From a virus, in the IMG/VR virus record IMGVR_UViG_3300025930_000008, positions 32,001-96,000 of that record: 64,000 nucleotides of DNA. One strand, given 5' to 3'. Below, piece by piece: positions 55,101-64,000 of the stretch. Numbering within the stretch: the first letter of the stretch is position 1; each line of letters begins with the position of its first letter. A program made the position numbers and the translations under genes. Below the pieces are notes generated by a model, which ran no database searches, had not been told where the DNA came from, and worked only from the letters and a program-made list of their open reading frames with translations.

Positions 55101-56697
55101 CCGATGTACGAATAGTGATCTGATCGACCGTAGTCTTTTCAAACTCTAGACCACCGGTTACGTCCTGATATGGTGAGGCAGTCTGGTATACGTCGATCTG
55201 AACGTTACGAGTACCTAGAGCATGGGTGACTGTAAAGGTACGAGCGACGCCATCGCCGATAGGTACCGAGAATTGAGCACCACCGGCAGTACCCCCACCT
55301 CCACCGCCGCCAGGAATGGTGACAACGGTTTTATTGTTAGACGAGTCGTCTGTGACAGTGACACCGGCACCAGAGAAATCAAGATTTGGACGATTGGTGC
55401 GGGCAATACCCTCGTCCATAATGGTATGACCAGCGCTACCCCACGTTGTATCGTAATCAGTAGCTGATGCTTTGACTAATGCCTGGCCCGTAGTACCTCC
55501 TGTGGGTACGCCTGGTCCCGCAGCGCCAGTGGGTCCGCTTGCTCCTTGAGGGCCGGTTGGCCCCGTAGCTCCGGTAGCTCCTGCTGGACCCGTCGCGCCT
55601 GTTGGACCTTGTGGACCCTGCGCTCCCGCTGCCCCCTGGGGGCCGGGGATACCCTGTGGGCCAATAAGTACGCCGCCGCTGATGGTGACACCGCTGACTT
55701 TGACGATGTATGCCAACACTACATATGGCGGCATGTTGTTGTGAGTGAGGCCACCACCTGTGTTAGTAGTTCCTGAAATGCCAGTGAAAGCTGATGCCGT
55801 GTTAATAACCCACGCGCCGAGCGGGGCTGCGTTGTGCGGAGGAATACCACTACCAGAGTTGGTAGGTCCGGCTGCTGTCGTATATGGTGCGGTGGCACCG
55901 TGAATGTGGCCCGGGTCATTGATCGTGTGACTGTGGGCCGGAACCTCTGAGGTTATAAGACTGTGGGTTTCCTCGCCAGGATTTGCAAGCGCAGGATTTG
56001 TCTGAGATTTAGTACCGACTGTACGAGAGCCGCTAGCAAAAATGAAACGATTGCTAAGGTCAGGGACTACGAAAGTTCCTGCCCCGGCGTTATAGTCCCA
56101 AAGAGTGCTTCCCCCGTCCTTTTGTGACTTGGCGAAATCATAGCCATCTGGGTATGCTGCACGGGTAAGAGACTGACCGTTGGCTAGAACATAGTCAGTA
56201 GGGATAGTATTCCCCGTCCAAGCCATGACCATACCGATACGACCGGTATCCATGCCTCCACCGCCACCAGCACCGGCTTTGAACACCTGATCTGAGTCAT
56301 TCCAAACGAGGCTCTCACCATTGTTGATATCTGTCAGATCAACAGGAGCTAGACGCATCCCACGGTCGTCATAAATCTTGCTAGAATCCAGGCGCATTTC
56401 GCCTGGGTCCATAACCGTGATATCAAAATCCTCAACCTCTGTGAAGGCAATACCACCATTCTGTGGTAAAGCCTTGTAGCCATGCACACGGCTACAGAGA
56501 TTCCATGTAACGTTGTCGATTGGATCGCGTGTTATCGACCAAACCTCGCCGGTCTGAGGCCAGCGGAAGCTAGGCGGCACGTCTAGAATAGAAACGTAGA
56601 CTAATCCGCCGTCGCGGAGTTTGCCCTGAATCTGTTTAGTCTGTGGATAAGCGGATAGGACTTCTATCCACTGTTTATCAGGACCGTATACTCTCAT
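52189..56697 (-). CDS. Long modular tail fibre (collar, collagen, 4x repeated modules)
   Basis: Tail collar IG.V..WTG..IP...NGQ; Gly-X-Y run; repeated WH.VG..GEP.F and IGDG..TFT..H. Confidence 0.85.
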   Translation of the reverse strand: MRVYGPDKQWIEVLSAYPQTKQIQGKLRDGGLVYVSILDVPPSFRWPQTGEVWSITRDPIDNVTWNLCSRVHGYKALPQNGGIAFTEVEDFDITVMDPGEMRLDSSKIYDDRGMRLAPVDLTDINNGESLVWNDSDQVFKAGAGGGGGMDTGRIGMVMAWTGNTIPTDYVLANGQSLTRAAYPDGYDFAKSQKDGGSTLWDYNAGAGTFVVPDLSNRFIFASGSRTVGTKSQTNPALANPGEETHSLITSEVPAHSHTINDPGHIHGATAPYTTAAGPTNSGSGIPPHNAAPLGAWVINTASAFTGISGTTNTGGGLTHNNMPPYVVLAYIVKVSGVTISGGVLIGPQGIPGPQGAAGAQGPQGPTGATGPAGATGATGPTGPQGASGPTGAAGPGVPTGGTTGQALVKASATDYDTTWGSAGHTIMDEGIARTNRPNLDFSGAGVTVTDDSSNNKTVVTIPGGGGGGGTAGGAQFSVPIGDGVARTFTVTHALGTRNVQIDVYQTASPYQDVTGGLEFEKTTVDQITIRTSAGLAPIALNEYTVVVSGPGAAITQQNLDPWHVVGTAGEPGFVNSWTSFGGIYGPVSFRKDPLGKVQMRGTISGGTTGTTVFTLPAGYRPPTFQYLPVLGDGGAAGNFISIDNTGVVAGVRAGTNLHLMNVEFDTDSVTTLPAGPPGTSGNSWSAVIGDGTSKTFTLTHGMGTRNVNVACYQTASPFSEVEVEVERTTPSVVTVKTSATSAAPTTGQYTVVITGPGAAVSSQTIDSWHYVGTAGEPAFGTNWTSWAAFSGGVAFRKLPDGTVQLKGVCLASAAASSTLFTLPAGYRPSGPLIIGNRYGEPNTPGRLDIATTGVISVTVGNTASGGWESLDGLSFIAEDIPVTTLPAGPPGGQSYTQVFGDGTSKVFTISHNLASWNVNAFVRETNSPRAYVPAEIEYTDQNTLTIRTATATAAPTTGQYTVVVNGPGAVLTQQTMDTWHIVGNSGEPAFQNSWTSYDAGASFQVPRFRKYPDGIVKIEGSAKGGASGTVMFTLPAGYRPPKQLRFDPHGSSNTSTAWTQVNIAADGSVFAWGDATATLLSLDGIEFDTDSVTTLPAGPQGVPGGTSFSTIIGDGATRTFAIDHNLATRNIAVSVYETNSPWSEVTAEIERNSLNQVTVKFNPATPAPSQNQYTVVCSGPGNVTLTQQAMDPWHLVGGSGEPAFQNGYTNHTVGTYQSAAFRKDPLGKVQVRGLVKGGTTNAVIFTLPVGYRPAFNAWFTTDNGGTYARLIVNPSGQVFNDFPASAAGALSLDVIEFDTDSVSTLLAGPQGPPGPAGNLPAKVSVLPTTGLSDGLEVHFQDATMAAQGVVWHLRYNQSSASTYKWEVVGGSPIYVAIATAAAIAVTTGGWSDLTASVGPSYTTPLAGDWDISAGATSSWGASANAYHAIAATVAGTPLVLDQYTETSGAVFGGIQGLNGDTRVTSVATSSLIKMQYNNSGGVNSSTPTYSNRWMKVMPVRVG

Positions 56698-59600
56698 CTA
56701 CCACCCGCGCACCATGCCTCTAGAGATTTCAGGGTGGGCATTCTTCTTCATTGAAGATGGTGCGCTTAGATTAGCCTGAGTAGTAAAGCCAGCGGTGTAA
56801 TCAAATGAGTGGTGTACTTCGTCAATAAACATCTGGATACCGTGACTTGGGAAGGCTACAAGACCACCCGGATACAACTCCGGCATGAAGGTAAATGAGA
56901 ACGTAGTCTGGAACTGACGTGCCCACATCAGCATGAATTGCTGGTATGCATAGAATGTCTCAAAGACGTGAGAGCGGATCATGGGAGCCTCTTGGACATA
57001 TGGCCGCGCTCCATACCTCTGTAAGAATTCCACGGACTTCTGATAGGTACCGAGGAATGGCTGAGTATCTTCGCCATACTCTGTCTGTAGCTCAGTTTCC
57101 TTCTGTTCCTCTTGCCCTGCACTCGTTAGAGCGTGGGTGACTCCTGATCTAACAAAGGGGTTCTGAGTAATCTTAGGTGGATTTGACTGTGTGAGGTTTA
57201 GGAAGTCAGAAGTGCCAGCGTTGAGAATGTTAACCACGCCAGTAGTCTCCAACTTACGGGTAATCTCAATGCTCTGATTAGGAAGAGTTGCGCCGACCAC
57301 ATAAACATGTGTAGCCAAAGCCTCATCTGTAAGCTGAATGTTTCCTTCAAGGATTTCAATGTCGTCTATCTCCCAATATGGGGCTGTGCCCATAGTGCCA
57401 AAATAGTCTGGGTAAAATGCGAGGAAGTCTCCATCGGGGAGGCTCTGGAATGATCGCATCGTGCCCTTGATAATCTGCTCAATGAACGGCAAAAGAGGCT
57501 GGTCGTTCATGAGAGACTTGCCACCTGTCAACAGGATTGACTCTGCTGCGTCCACAGCCTCGGGGAAGTTCAACTGAGAGAACACAGAGGCGGTCTTAGC
57601 TGCGACCAATGGGTCTACGCTGCCACCGGAAGCCTCTCCACCACCACTAGCTGTATCCTGTCCAGCTTCCCCGGCAGGGGCAGTTTCACCCTTCTGTAGC
57701 GCCTTGAATACAGCAGTAGGGTCTACGGAGCCATCCATGCCATTTGAGTCGTTACGCATGATGAAATGGACGTGGGGAGCCGGGTGGTTAGACTTCGCCA
57801 AGACCTTGCCAGCTTTTACCTTGTCGCCTGGGCTGACCATAACTTCACCAACATGGCCCCAACCGATAACGGTGCCCTTCTTAATCTCACCTACGTCCTC
57901 ATCGAAGATGAAATGGACCATGCCGCCGTACCCACCGAATGCATAGCCGGATGAGGCATACTTACCGATGGTGCCGTCACACGGAGCGATACATTCTGTG
58001 CCCGTGGGAACCGGTACGTCAATACCCATGTGCGTGTGGGGAGGGTTACCGTGATTGGCCTCACCGAACGGCGAGCTAATGTCGGTCTTACCACCCTTGA
58101 TGACAGAGTAGAGTTTACGATCAGATGAACTGGCCGGAGTGTCAGTGGTTTTAGAATCCTCCCATGCCTTTAGACGAGCCTGATAATCTTCTGTACTCTC
58201 TCCCGCTCGCCTGTTAGGCTTGGCTGTGACGGTCGTGGTGCTTGGATCGGTCTGGTTGGTATCACTGCTATCCTCTGCGGTTGAGGAAGCCTTGTCCTTA
58301 TCTGATTCAGATGACCCACCCTTTCCTACCGCAGCCTTAGCGGTTTCTAGATAGCGCAGATAGGTTTTCTCATGACCGGGTGTATCGGCCCCTGTATAAG
58401 TCGTCCAAGGATTCCAGTTGGTTCCGTTGCTGGAAATCTTCATCATGGCCTGGGCGTTCTTTGAAGGGACCTTCAAATCCTCTACCGTCATGCCTAGTTC
58501 GGGGTGAACGCTCTGATAAATCTGCCAGAGTCCTACACAACCGATGGAGTTGACCACCTTAGGGTTACCCTGTGATTCCGCAGAGGCGATAGCCCCGGCG
58601 ATAGCAGCCTTTTCTCCCTCCAAGCCAGCTTCCTCGGCCAGAGCTACAAGCTCTGCTGTAGAGAATTCTCCCTTGGCGTCCTGTGATCCCGCTGCACCGG
58701 AGCTACTGCTTCCTGAACCTGTGCCCTTAGAACCCTCTCCGATGAAGTCTTTAAGCCACTGATTGAATTCCGCAGTAGCTTCTGTATTGGCAGCCTGTAA
58801 TGAATTGAAAATTTGCTGGATACGATCTACTAGACCAATGGGTAATTCCTCAATGAACAGATGCTTAGGGTCCCATCGCGCTATATGCTTCAAACAGGCG
58901 TAAGCCAAATCACTCATGCTGGCGGCTTGAATCTCATCAGCGGTGATAGGCTGTGCCACAGACTGAGTGGTGGAATTACTACCGTTTGCGCTGACACCTC
59001 CCACCACGGCGTCATTAATCATGTCAGCGCGTTTCTTATAGCCCGCAGCGTTAGGATGCATACCATCTGTTAGGGTCACATCACCGTTGTCTACGACGGC
59101 CTTCCAGTCAATGATGTGTAGATTGGAATGCTTGGCTGCCACCTGACCTAAAGCGGTATTAATAGCCGTATCGGCAGGCTTACCCGCGAGGGCTGGACGC
59201 TTGATATTGAGCCAGTAGACTGGTCGGCCATTAGCCAGGCTCATGATTGACTCAGCGCTCTTTTTGAAATTCACAGTGTCGAAGTCATTCGTGCCAAGAG
59301 AGATAACCAACTGGTCGCCTAGCTTAGACCTATTAGCCTGTAGGTTTTTGAGTCCCTGGGCGGTAGTGATACCTACCTTGGCATTGGTGGTGGCCTTGAT
59401 GGTAGCCTTTTTGAGTCCATCGTCAGTGCCCACGGCCAAAGAATCTCCGTACACTTGTACATTGCCCACCGTGCCAGTGCCAGCGGTGTTAGAGCCGGGA
59501 GACTGGATATTGCCATCTGGCCCCAGCAGCCAACCATATGAAGCCATGAAGTGCATCATAAATGGCAAGCCTGGATCGAAGTAGGTGTACTGCAATCGCT

Positions 59601-59922
59601 TTAAGCTACAGCTAGCCGTTACCGTGCATGTGCCCGGGTACATCTGGTAATACGGTACAGAGTCCAGATAGCCGGTGAATACCTGAATGGGCATTCCGGG
59701 GAGCCTCTGTAGGAAAATGGTGATCTTATCCATCGGGCTGAACGTGTTATTCCCCGGCTGTGTGAACTGGCGATACGGGTTCTGAAAAGTAACCTCAGCC
59801 GTAGAGACTTGATTCAGTTTGCGAGAGACATTCCCTGATACAACAAGATCAGAGATATTGATTGTCTCTTTGGGGGTCTGGATATATACGTAGACTTTTG
59901 GTGAGTAAACTAAGCGGCGCAT
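56698..59922 (-). CDS. Baseplate hub / virion-associated lysin with SGNH, lysozyme-like and M23 domains
   Basis: GDSL..GTND..DGMHPN; AESQG..GLWQI; HMGID...PHVHF. Confidence 0.8.
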   Translation of the reverse strand: MRRLVYSPKVYVYIQTPKETINISDLVVSGNVSRKLNQVSTAEVTFQNPYRQFTQPGNNTFSPMDKITIFLQRLPGMPIQVFTGYLDSVPYYQMYPGTCTVTASCSLKRLQYTYFDPGLPFMMHFMASYGWLLGPDGNIQSPGSNTAGTGTVGNVQVYGDSLAVGTDDGLKKATIKATTNAKVGITTAQGLKNLQANRSKLGDQLVISLGTNDFDTVNFKKSAESIMSLANGRPVYWLNIKRPALAGKPADTAINTALGQVAAKHSNLHIIDWKAVVDNGDVTLTDGMHPNAAGYKKRADMINDAVVGGVSANGSNSTTQSVAQPITADEIQAASMSDLAYACLKHIARWDPKHLFIEELPIGLVDRIQQIFNSLQAANTEATAEFNQWLKDFIGEGSKGTGSGSSSSGAAGSQDAKGEFSTAELVALAEEAGLEGEKAAIAGAIASAESQGNPKVVNSIGCVGLWQIYQSVHPELGMTVEDLKVPSKNAQAMMKISSNGTNWNPWTTYTGADTPGHEKTYLRYLETAKAAVGKGGSSESDKDKASSTAEDSSDTNQTDPSTTTVTAKPNRRAGESTEDYQARLKAWEDSKTTDTPASSSDRKLYSVIKGGKTDISSPFGEANHGNPPHTHMGIDVPVPTGTECIAPCDGTIGKYASSGYAFGGYGGMVHFIFDEDVGEIKKGTVIGWGHVGEVMVSPGDKVKAGKVLAKSNHPAPHVHFIMRNDSNGMDGSVDPTAVFKALQKGETAPAGEAGQDTASGGGEASGGSVDPLVAAKTASVFSQLNFPEAVDAAESILLTGGKSLMNDQPLLPFIEQIIKGTMRSFQSLPDGDFLAFYPDYFGTMGTAPYWEIDDIEILEGNIQLTDEALATHVYVVGATLPNQSIEITRKLETTGVVNILNAGTSDFLNLTQSNPPKITQNPFVRSGVTHALTSAGQEEQKETELQTEYGEDTQPFLGTYQKSVEFLQRYGARPYVQEAPMIRSHVFETFYAYQQFMLMWARQFQTTFSFTFMPELYPGGLVAFPSHGIQMFIDEVHHSFDYTAGFTTQANLSAPSSMKKNAHPEISRGMVRGW

Positions 59923-61151
59923 TAGAAGTGTCTTGCTGTGAATCCTGCTGTCGGACGTGTTTGAGAGCGAGTGTGTGGTCCATCTGGCTTTCCACCTTGG
60001 CTATAGTCAGATGTGTCAGCGCGTTTGATATCACCCTGTTCAAACATAATAAAGGTGTGTTCACTGTTGGCATAGACAGTGAAGTCTGTACCCCTACCCG
60101 CTTTGCCCACGCCCATGAGAGCGTTGGAATCCATAGGGGCTTTGATATAACCACCAGCGCCTAGACATGCGGATACATAGCCAGAACAATCAAATCCTAC
60201 TTGTGATTCGCCAGGTCGAATGGACTTAGATGGAACGCCTAGCTTTGCATGACCTCCACCCCAGGCATAAGGCAGATTTTGTGCGTCGATACGTCGTGCC
60301 TCTTGAAGTACGGAACCTACGCCTTCACCGCTGACAGGCACATCACCTAGACCGGGAATAAGCGCCTGTCCACCACCACCCTTGAAAGCCGCATCCTCTT
60401 GCTCTACTTTCTTGGCGGCTGCTTCCGCTTCCTTAGCGCGGATATCCTTCTGCTCTAGCAAGAGAATGTCAGGGTCAGCAACGAAGCTGACTGTGCCGGT
60501 CGTACCACGTTCCTTTTCCCATGAGAGCGGTCGTTTCTCGTTGGGAAACTGCATTGCCATAGCGATCTTGTCTAGCTGATATGTAGGGTCCTCTAGACCT
60601 GTAGTCAAAACGCCGTGCGTAGCAGATACGATGTTGAATTCAAAGGTGAATTCAGGAGCGTTGACCCATCGCTCTGTATTCCTCTCCACCTTGAGAATGT
60701 GCCCACGCACAGAGACACCATCGTGTGCGTAGCGCTTATGTACGCTACTAAGCGTGGAGGCAACGTTACCAGAGTGAATCGTCAGATGCATAGTATTCTG
60801 CAACTTGTCTGGCACCCTAGCCCGCTGACATTGCATCTGCGCTGTGCGTACCCATTCAGCAAACTGCCCATAAAGCGCCTGATTGGGGAATTGCCCACGC
60901 ACAGTCAAACGTGGCTGCACGAAGTTACGCGGGTACCACGCCCGATGCCTATGAGACTGAGCGTAGTTGCCGCCAATCTCGAAGTTTTGTTCTACCTCAT
61001 GGACCCAAAGGTAAATGCTAGTGCCGTCAGGCCGGGAAAGCTGTGCCGTATGACGAGACTCTGTGGGAAGCGCCTTCTGTGGGAAGTTGACAAAATACCC
61101 TTGGTCGGTGGGCACATTGGGCGGGATATCACTTGGACCATAATTAGCCAC
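59922..61151 (-). CDS. Tail protein with C-terminal NlpC/P60 domain
   Basis: PYAWGG, FDCSGYV, EHTF; GTG start assumed. Confidence 0.75.
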   Translation of the reverse strand: MANYGPSDIPPNVPTDQGYFVNFPQKALPTESRHTAQLSRPDGTSIYLWVHEVEQNFEIGGNYAQSHRHRAWYPRNFVQPRLTVRGQFPNQALYGQFAEWVRTAQMQCQRARVPDKLQNTMHLTIHSGNVASTLSSVHKRYAHDGVSVRGHILKVERNTERWVNAPEFTFEFNIVSATHGVLTTGLEDPTYQLDKIAMAMQFPNEKRPLSWEKERGTTGTVSFVADPDILLLEQKDIRAKEAEAAAKKVEQEDAAFKGGGGQALIPGLGDVPVSGEGVGSVLQEARRIDAQNLPYAWGGGHAKLGVPSKSIRPGESQVGFDCSGYVSACLGAGGYIKAPMDSNALMGVGKAGRGTDFTVYANSEHTFIMFEQGDIKRADTSDYSQGGKPDGPHTRSQTRPTAGFTARHF

Positions 61152-61965
61152 CCTTATTATCCCCCGTCTTAGCTGTGTCAGCCGTATCCTTATTGTCCGG
61201 CTGCTGTCCGGTGCTGGTGGATGGCTTAGAGCCATCAAAATTCATCAAGTCTGCTAGCTCGCTGAACTGGCCTCCCATTAGCGCTGTGAACTGCTCATTC
61301 ATTACTCTGGCGATTCCCTTAGGGTCTGGTTTCTCTGGTTCCTTGCCCGACCCTTCCACTTGGATACCCTTCAAGTGAGTTGCGCGTGGATATAGGTCGG
61401 CCTCTTCCTTTGTAATGACGGCGTTCGGGTCAGAAAATGGGTTCCTACGTCTGTATCCTATGTCAGCGGTCAGTCTACCGAATGCTTGTAGCCCCGTCTG
61501 GCCTGCCTGTGCATAATCTACAGTCAGTTCATCCATGATAGGGTCAGGGTCTACGATAGAAGCTTTCAACCTCCACTGTGGGATAATCACATCGCGCCCA
61601 TACCGCATCCCTGGCATTTGAATAGGCTTGATAGCTAGCGACCACCCTCTCTCGGGGTACGTCATGATGACCGGAGTCTCTACATAGCTTTCCCCCGCAT
61701 AGCCCTGCGTAGCCTTGAGCATGTATTGAAGGAACCAGGCATAGATAGTCTCCATCTCTGAGTAACTCTTGACCTCTCCGACAATCTCAAGATCGTCAAT
61801 GTTAGTCGAAAGAACTTGGACCACCTCACCAGCATATGTAGCATATGACTGTGTGTTTAGATTATAGCCCCAACTGATCTGATTGGCACCCGTGGTCACA
61901 ATCAGGGTCTTAGGCAGGCCACCGCTAGTGTCAATGCGCTCGTAATCGAAATAGATATTCGGCAT
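61144..61965 (-). CDS. Tail/baseplate protein following tape measure
   Basis: Context; 273 aa. Confidence 0.55.
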   Translation of the reverse strand: MPNIYFDYERIDTSGGLPKTLIVTTGANQISWGYNLNTQSYATYAGEVVQVLSTNIDDLEIVGEVKSYSEMETIYAWFLQYMLKATQGYAGESYVETPVIMTYPERGWSLAIKPIQMPGMRYGRDVIIPQWRLKASIVDPDPIMDELTVDYAQAGQTGLQAFGRLTADIGYRRRNPFSDPNAVITKEEADLYPRATHLKGIQVEGSGKEPEKPDPKGIARVMNEQFTALMGGQFSELADLMNFDGSKPSTSTGQQPDNKDTADTAKTGDNKGG

Positions 61966-64000
61966 TATCCGGTTGTATTGAAGTTGTTCAAGCCTGAGTT
62001 GGACACATCGCTAAGGTTGGCTGGACCTGCTGTGCTGCCATAGGCTGTATTAGCCGGAGCGTTAGGCTCATCCCAATTGACCTTGCCGAAATCAGCCTTG
62101 TTATTGTTGACCAAAGCCTTGAAGAATTTCGCGGCTGGACCAGTGAAGGCGATTTGATACTTAGCCTGTTCCTCGGCTGCCTTTTCAGCAATCAGAGCGC
62201 GAGTACGTTTGACACGTTCCTCCGGGGTCTTTGCATCGTCTACGGCATGGCCCAATTCCTTACCCTTGATTCCGGCTCGGTGGGCTGCGGATACAAGATC
62301 GTCCCTAGTAACCGCGTTAGGATCTTTATTTAGCTTATCCATGGTGGTTTTGCCCACCTCCGTAGAGAACTGCTTGGCAATCTCGCCTGTATCCTCTCGC
62401 CAAGTAACCTTACCGGTCGTTTCATCTACTTGCTTGTACTCAAACTTATTTTTCTGAGCATTCCAACGCTGTGACAGTTTGCGCTGAGGGTCCCTATTGA
62501 TCCAATCTTGAATACGCTTTGTTGCGGACGCTGGGTCTGCTCTACCACCCGATCTATTTGCCTGCTGTTCGTAAGCCGTTAGTTCATCTTCCAGCCTACC
62601 TATGTTAGCCTGGAATCCTTGGCCCGAGCGGATTTTATCTACTGCGTCAGCGCTAATACCAAACATAGAGCCTACAGCCGTAGAAGCTGGATTATCCCCT
62701 CGTACGGTGGCTGTGCGCCCACCACCTAGATTGACCGTCCGGGTAGCGCCCGCTTCGCCTAAGTTACTAGCGTATGCCTGGTAGTACATATTGATAGCAT
62801 CTGTAGTAGCCTGCATTTTGGCACCAGCGGGGGCTGACGCTGAGGCGAACGTAGGCAGGCCCGTAGCACCCGCCAGGAGCGCCTGTACGGTATTATTCTG
62901 TAGTAATTGATTACCCACATCAGGGGTAAGGCCAGTTGTCTCAGAAAATCGTGAACCGAATTGCACACCGCCTTGGAAGTAACCTCCTGCCTGCTGTGCT
63001 GCTTCGCCGGAGGCCGCTAACGCCTGAGCCATGGTATTTACATCGACTCTAGCTGTACGGGCTAACTCTCCAAGATTGCCAAGTTCCTTGCTCAAGTCGG
63101 CAATAGTGCCAGTCCCGGTCCTAAGTACCTGGGTGAAGGGAATAAGAGTCTGAGGGTCTAGGCCAAACTGTCTCTGCAACGGCTGCATGAACTTCAACAT
63201 CACGTCAGTGCCTTGCTGCCCGGAGAATCCAGCCTGTGCGGTCGCGTTTGCTAGAGCCTCAGCCTGTTCCTTATTGGTGCCTGGTAGGAATCGTGCTGTA
63301 AGTGTGTCTCGCCACATACGCTCCCCCTGGGCACCGGCAGGAGAGAATGGTGTCTGGAAGGGTAGAGGGATACCAAACAAATCTTGGCCTGGTCCACGCC
63401 TATACCCTAGGGATGCGCCCATTGTGTCAAAAGCCGAGAGACTAAAGCCAGTACGCTCACCAATTCGCGCCATGCCTGCTCGCGCTCTATTGAAAAGCTG
63501 CTGTATTGCGTATCCCTGTCCTGCGCGATCAGATAGGTACTGATACATTCCAGCGCTCTTATTGCGCGCCTGCGCTTCCTCAGGGTCTGTAGCTTCCAGC
63601 GCTTGCTTCATGCGCCTATCACGTAGCTCGTTGAAAAGGTCCTGAATGTTTAGTTCACCATAACGAGGAATACGCATTCCTGTTTCTTCACCGCGCAGAG
63701 GCTCAATTTTCTTCAATAAGGGGTTATCCGGCCCGTCTACCCCCGTGACACTAGGGAAAATCTGCTCTCTAATCCCCGGCGGTAGCTTAGAAGTACGACG
63801 CAGACGCTCAGCTTCGCGCATTTCGTCACTCATAGTCTCCAAGCGTTCACGACGATCATGCTCTTGTGGACTGATGGTGCGGTTGGCTCTGTCAGCCATT
63901 TCATCCTGGCGACGATGTTCCTCATTCAAGCGGTCGCTTGTCTCTTGCTGAGTGGGCGCACGCCATCCCTCCACAGCGCCACGAATAGCACCACGGATAC
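61965..64000 (-). CDS. Tape-measure-like protein, 5' end beyond the window
   Basis: Ala/Gly/Gln-rich helical sequence; frame stays open to the window edge; position upstream of hub genes. Confidence 0.6.
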   Translation of the reverse strand, partial: IRGAIRGAVEGWRAPTQQETSDRLNEEHRRQDEMADRANRTISPQEHDRRERLETMSDEMREAERLRRTSKLPPGIREQIFPSVTGVDGPDNPLLKKIEPLRGEETGMRIPRYGELNIQDLFNELRDRRMKQALEATDPEEAQARNKSAGMYQYLSDRAGQGYAIQQLFNRARAGMARIGERTGFSLSAFDTMGASLGYRRGPGQDLFGIPLPFQTPFSPAGAQGERMWRDTLTARFLPGTNKEQAEALANATAQAGFSGQQGTDVMLKFMQPLQRQFGLDPQTLIPFTQVLRTGTGTIADLSKELGNLGELARTARVDVNTMAQALAASGEAAQQAGGYFQGGVQFGSRFSETTGLTPDVGNQLLQNNTVQALLAGATGLPTFASASAPAGAKMQATTDAINMYYQAYASNLGEAGATRTVNLGGGRTATVRGDNPASTAVGSMFGISADAVDKIRSGQGFQANIGRLEDELTAYEQQANRSGGRADPASATKRIQDWINRDPQRKLSQRWNAQKNKFEYKQVDETTGKVTWREDTGEIAKQFSTEVGKTTMDKLNKDPNAVTRDDLVSAAHRAGIKGKELGHAVDDAKTPEERVKRTRALIAEKAAEEQAKYQIAFTGPAAKFFKALVNNNKADFGKVNWDEPNAPANTAYGSTAGPANLSDVSNSGLNNFNTTG

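Noticed and set aside
37335-56697. Diversity-generating retroelement or invertase shufflon acting on fibres
   Set aside because: No reverse transcriptase, recombinase or adenine-biased repeat pair found in the window

Overview
64 kb of a large contractile-tailed (myovirus-type) phage genome. Gene order and leaderless-type promoters suggest an Actinomycetota host (inference). Four blocks: (1) 1-1.2 kb, two paralogous fibre-like genes. (2) 1.2-16.3 kb, a minus-strand array of 36 sense-anticodon tRNAs covering all 20 amino acids, a tmRNA (tag ADTHTFALAA), a tRNA-Pyl-shaped element with a UUA (ochre) anticodon, cell-wall hydrolases, HNH genes, small Zn-finger ORFs and about a dozen ORF-free structured spacers. 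(3) 16.4-37.3 kb, nrdJ plus a plus-strand replication/recombination module (DnaC-like loader, DnaB, MTase, ThyX, primase, RNase H, DnaE, RecA, PD-(D/E)xK nucleases, RuvC, sigma-like protein, SNF2 helicase). (4) 37.3-64 kb, a minus-strand baseplate/tail-fibre module ending in a truncated tape-measure-like gene. The best candidate for an undescribed system is the RNA layer of block 2: five spacer hairpins share a C(A/G)GGAA hexaloop on otherwise different stems, there are non-canonical tRNA-like RNAs and a switchable terminator at the array entrance, and nine ORFs have stop codons inside the next tRNA, so RNase P processing would create non-stop mRNAs in an operon that carries its own tmRNA. All calls are by eye; no searches or folding programs were run, and coordinates may be off by a few bases.
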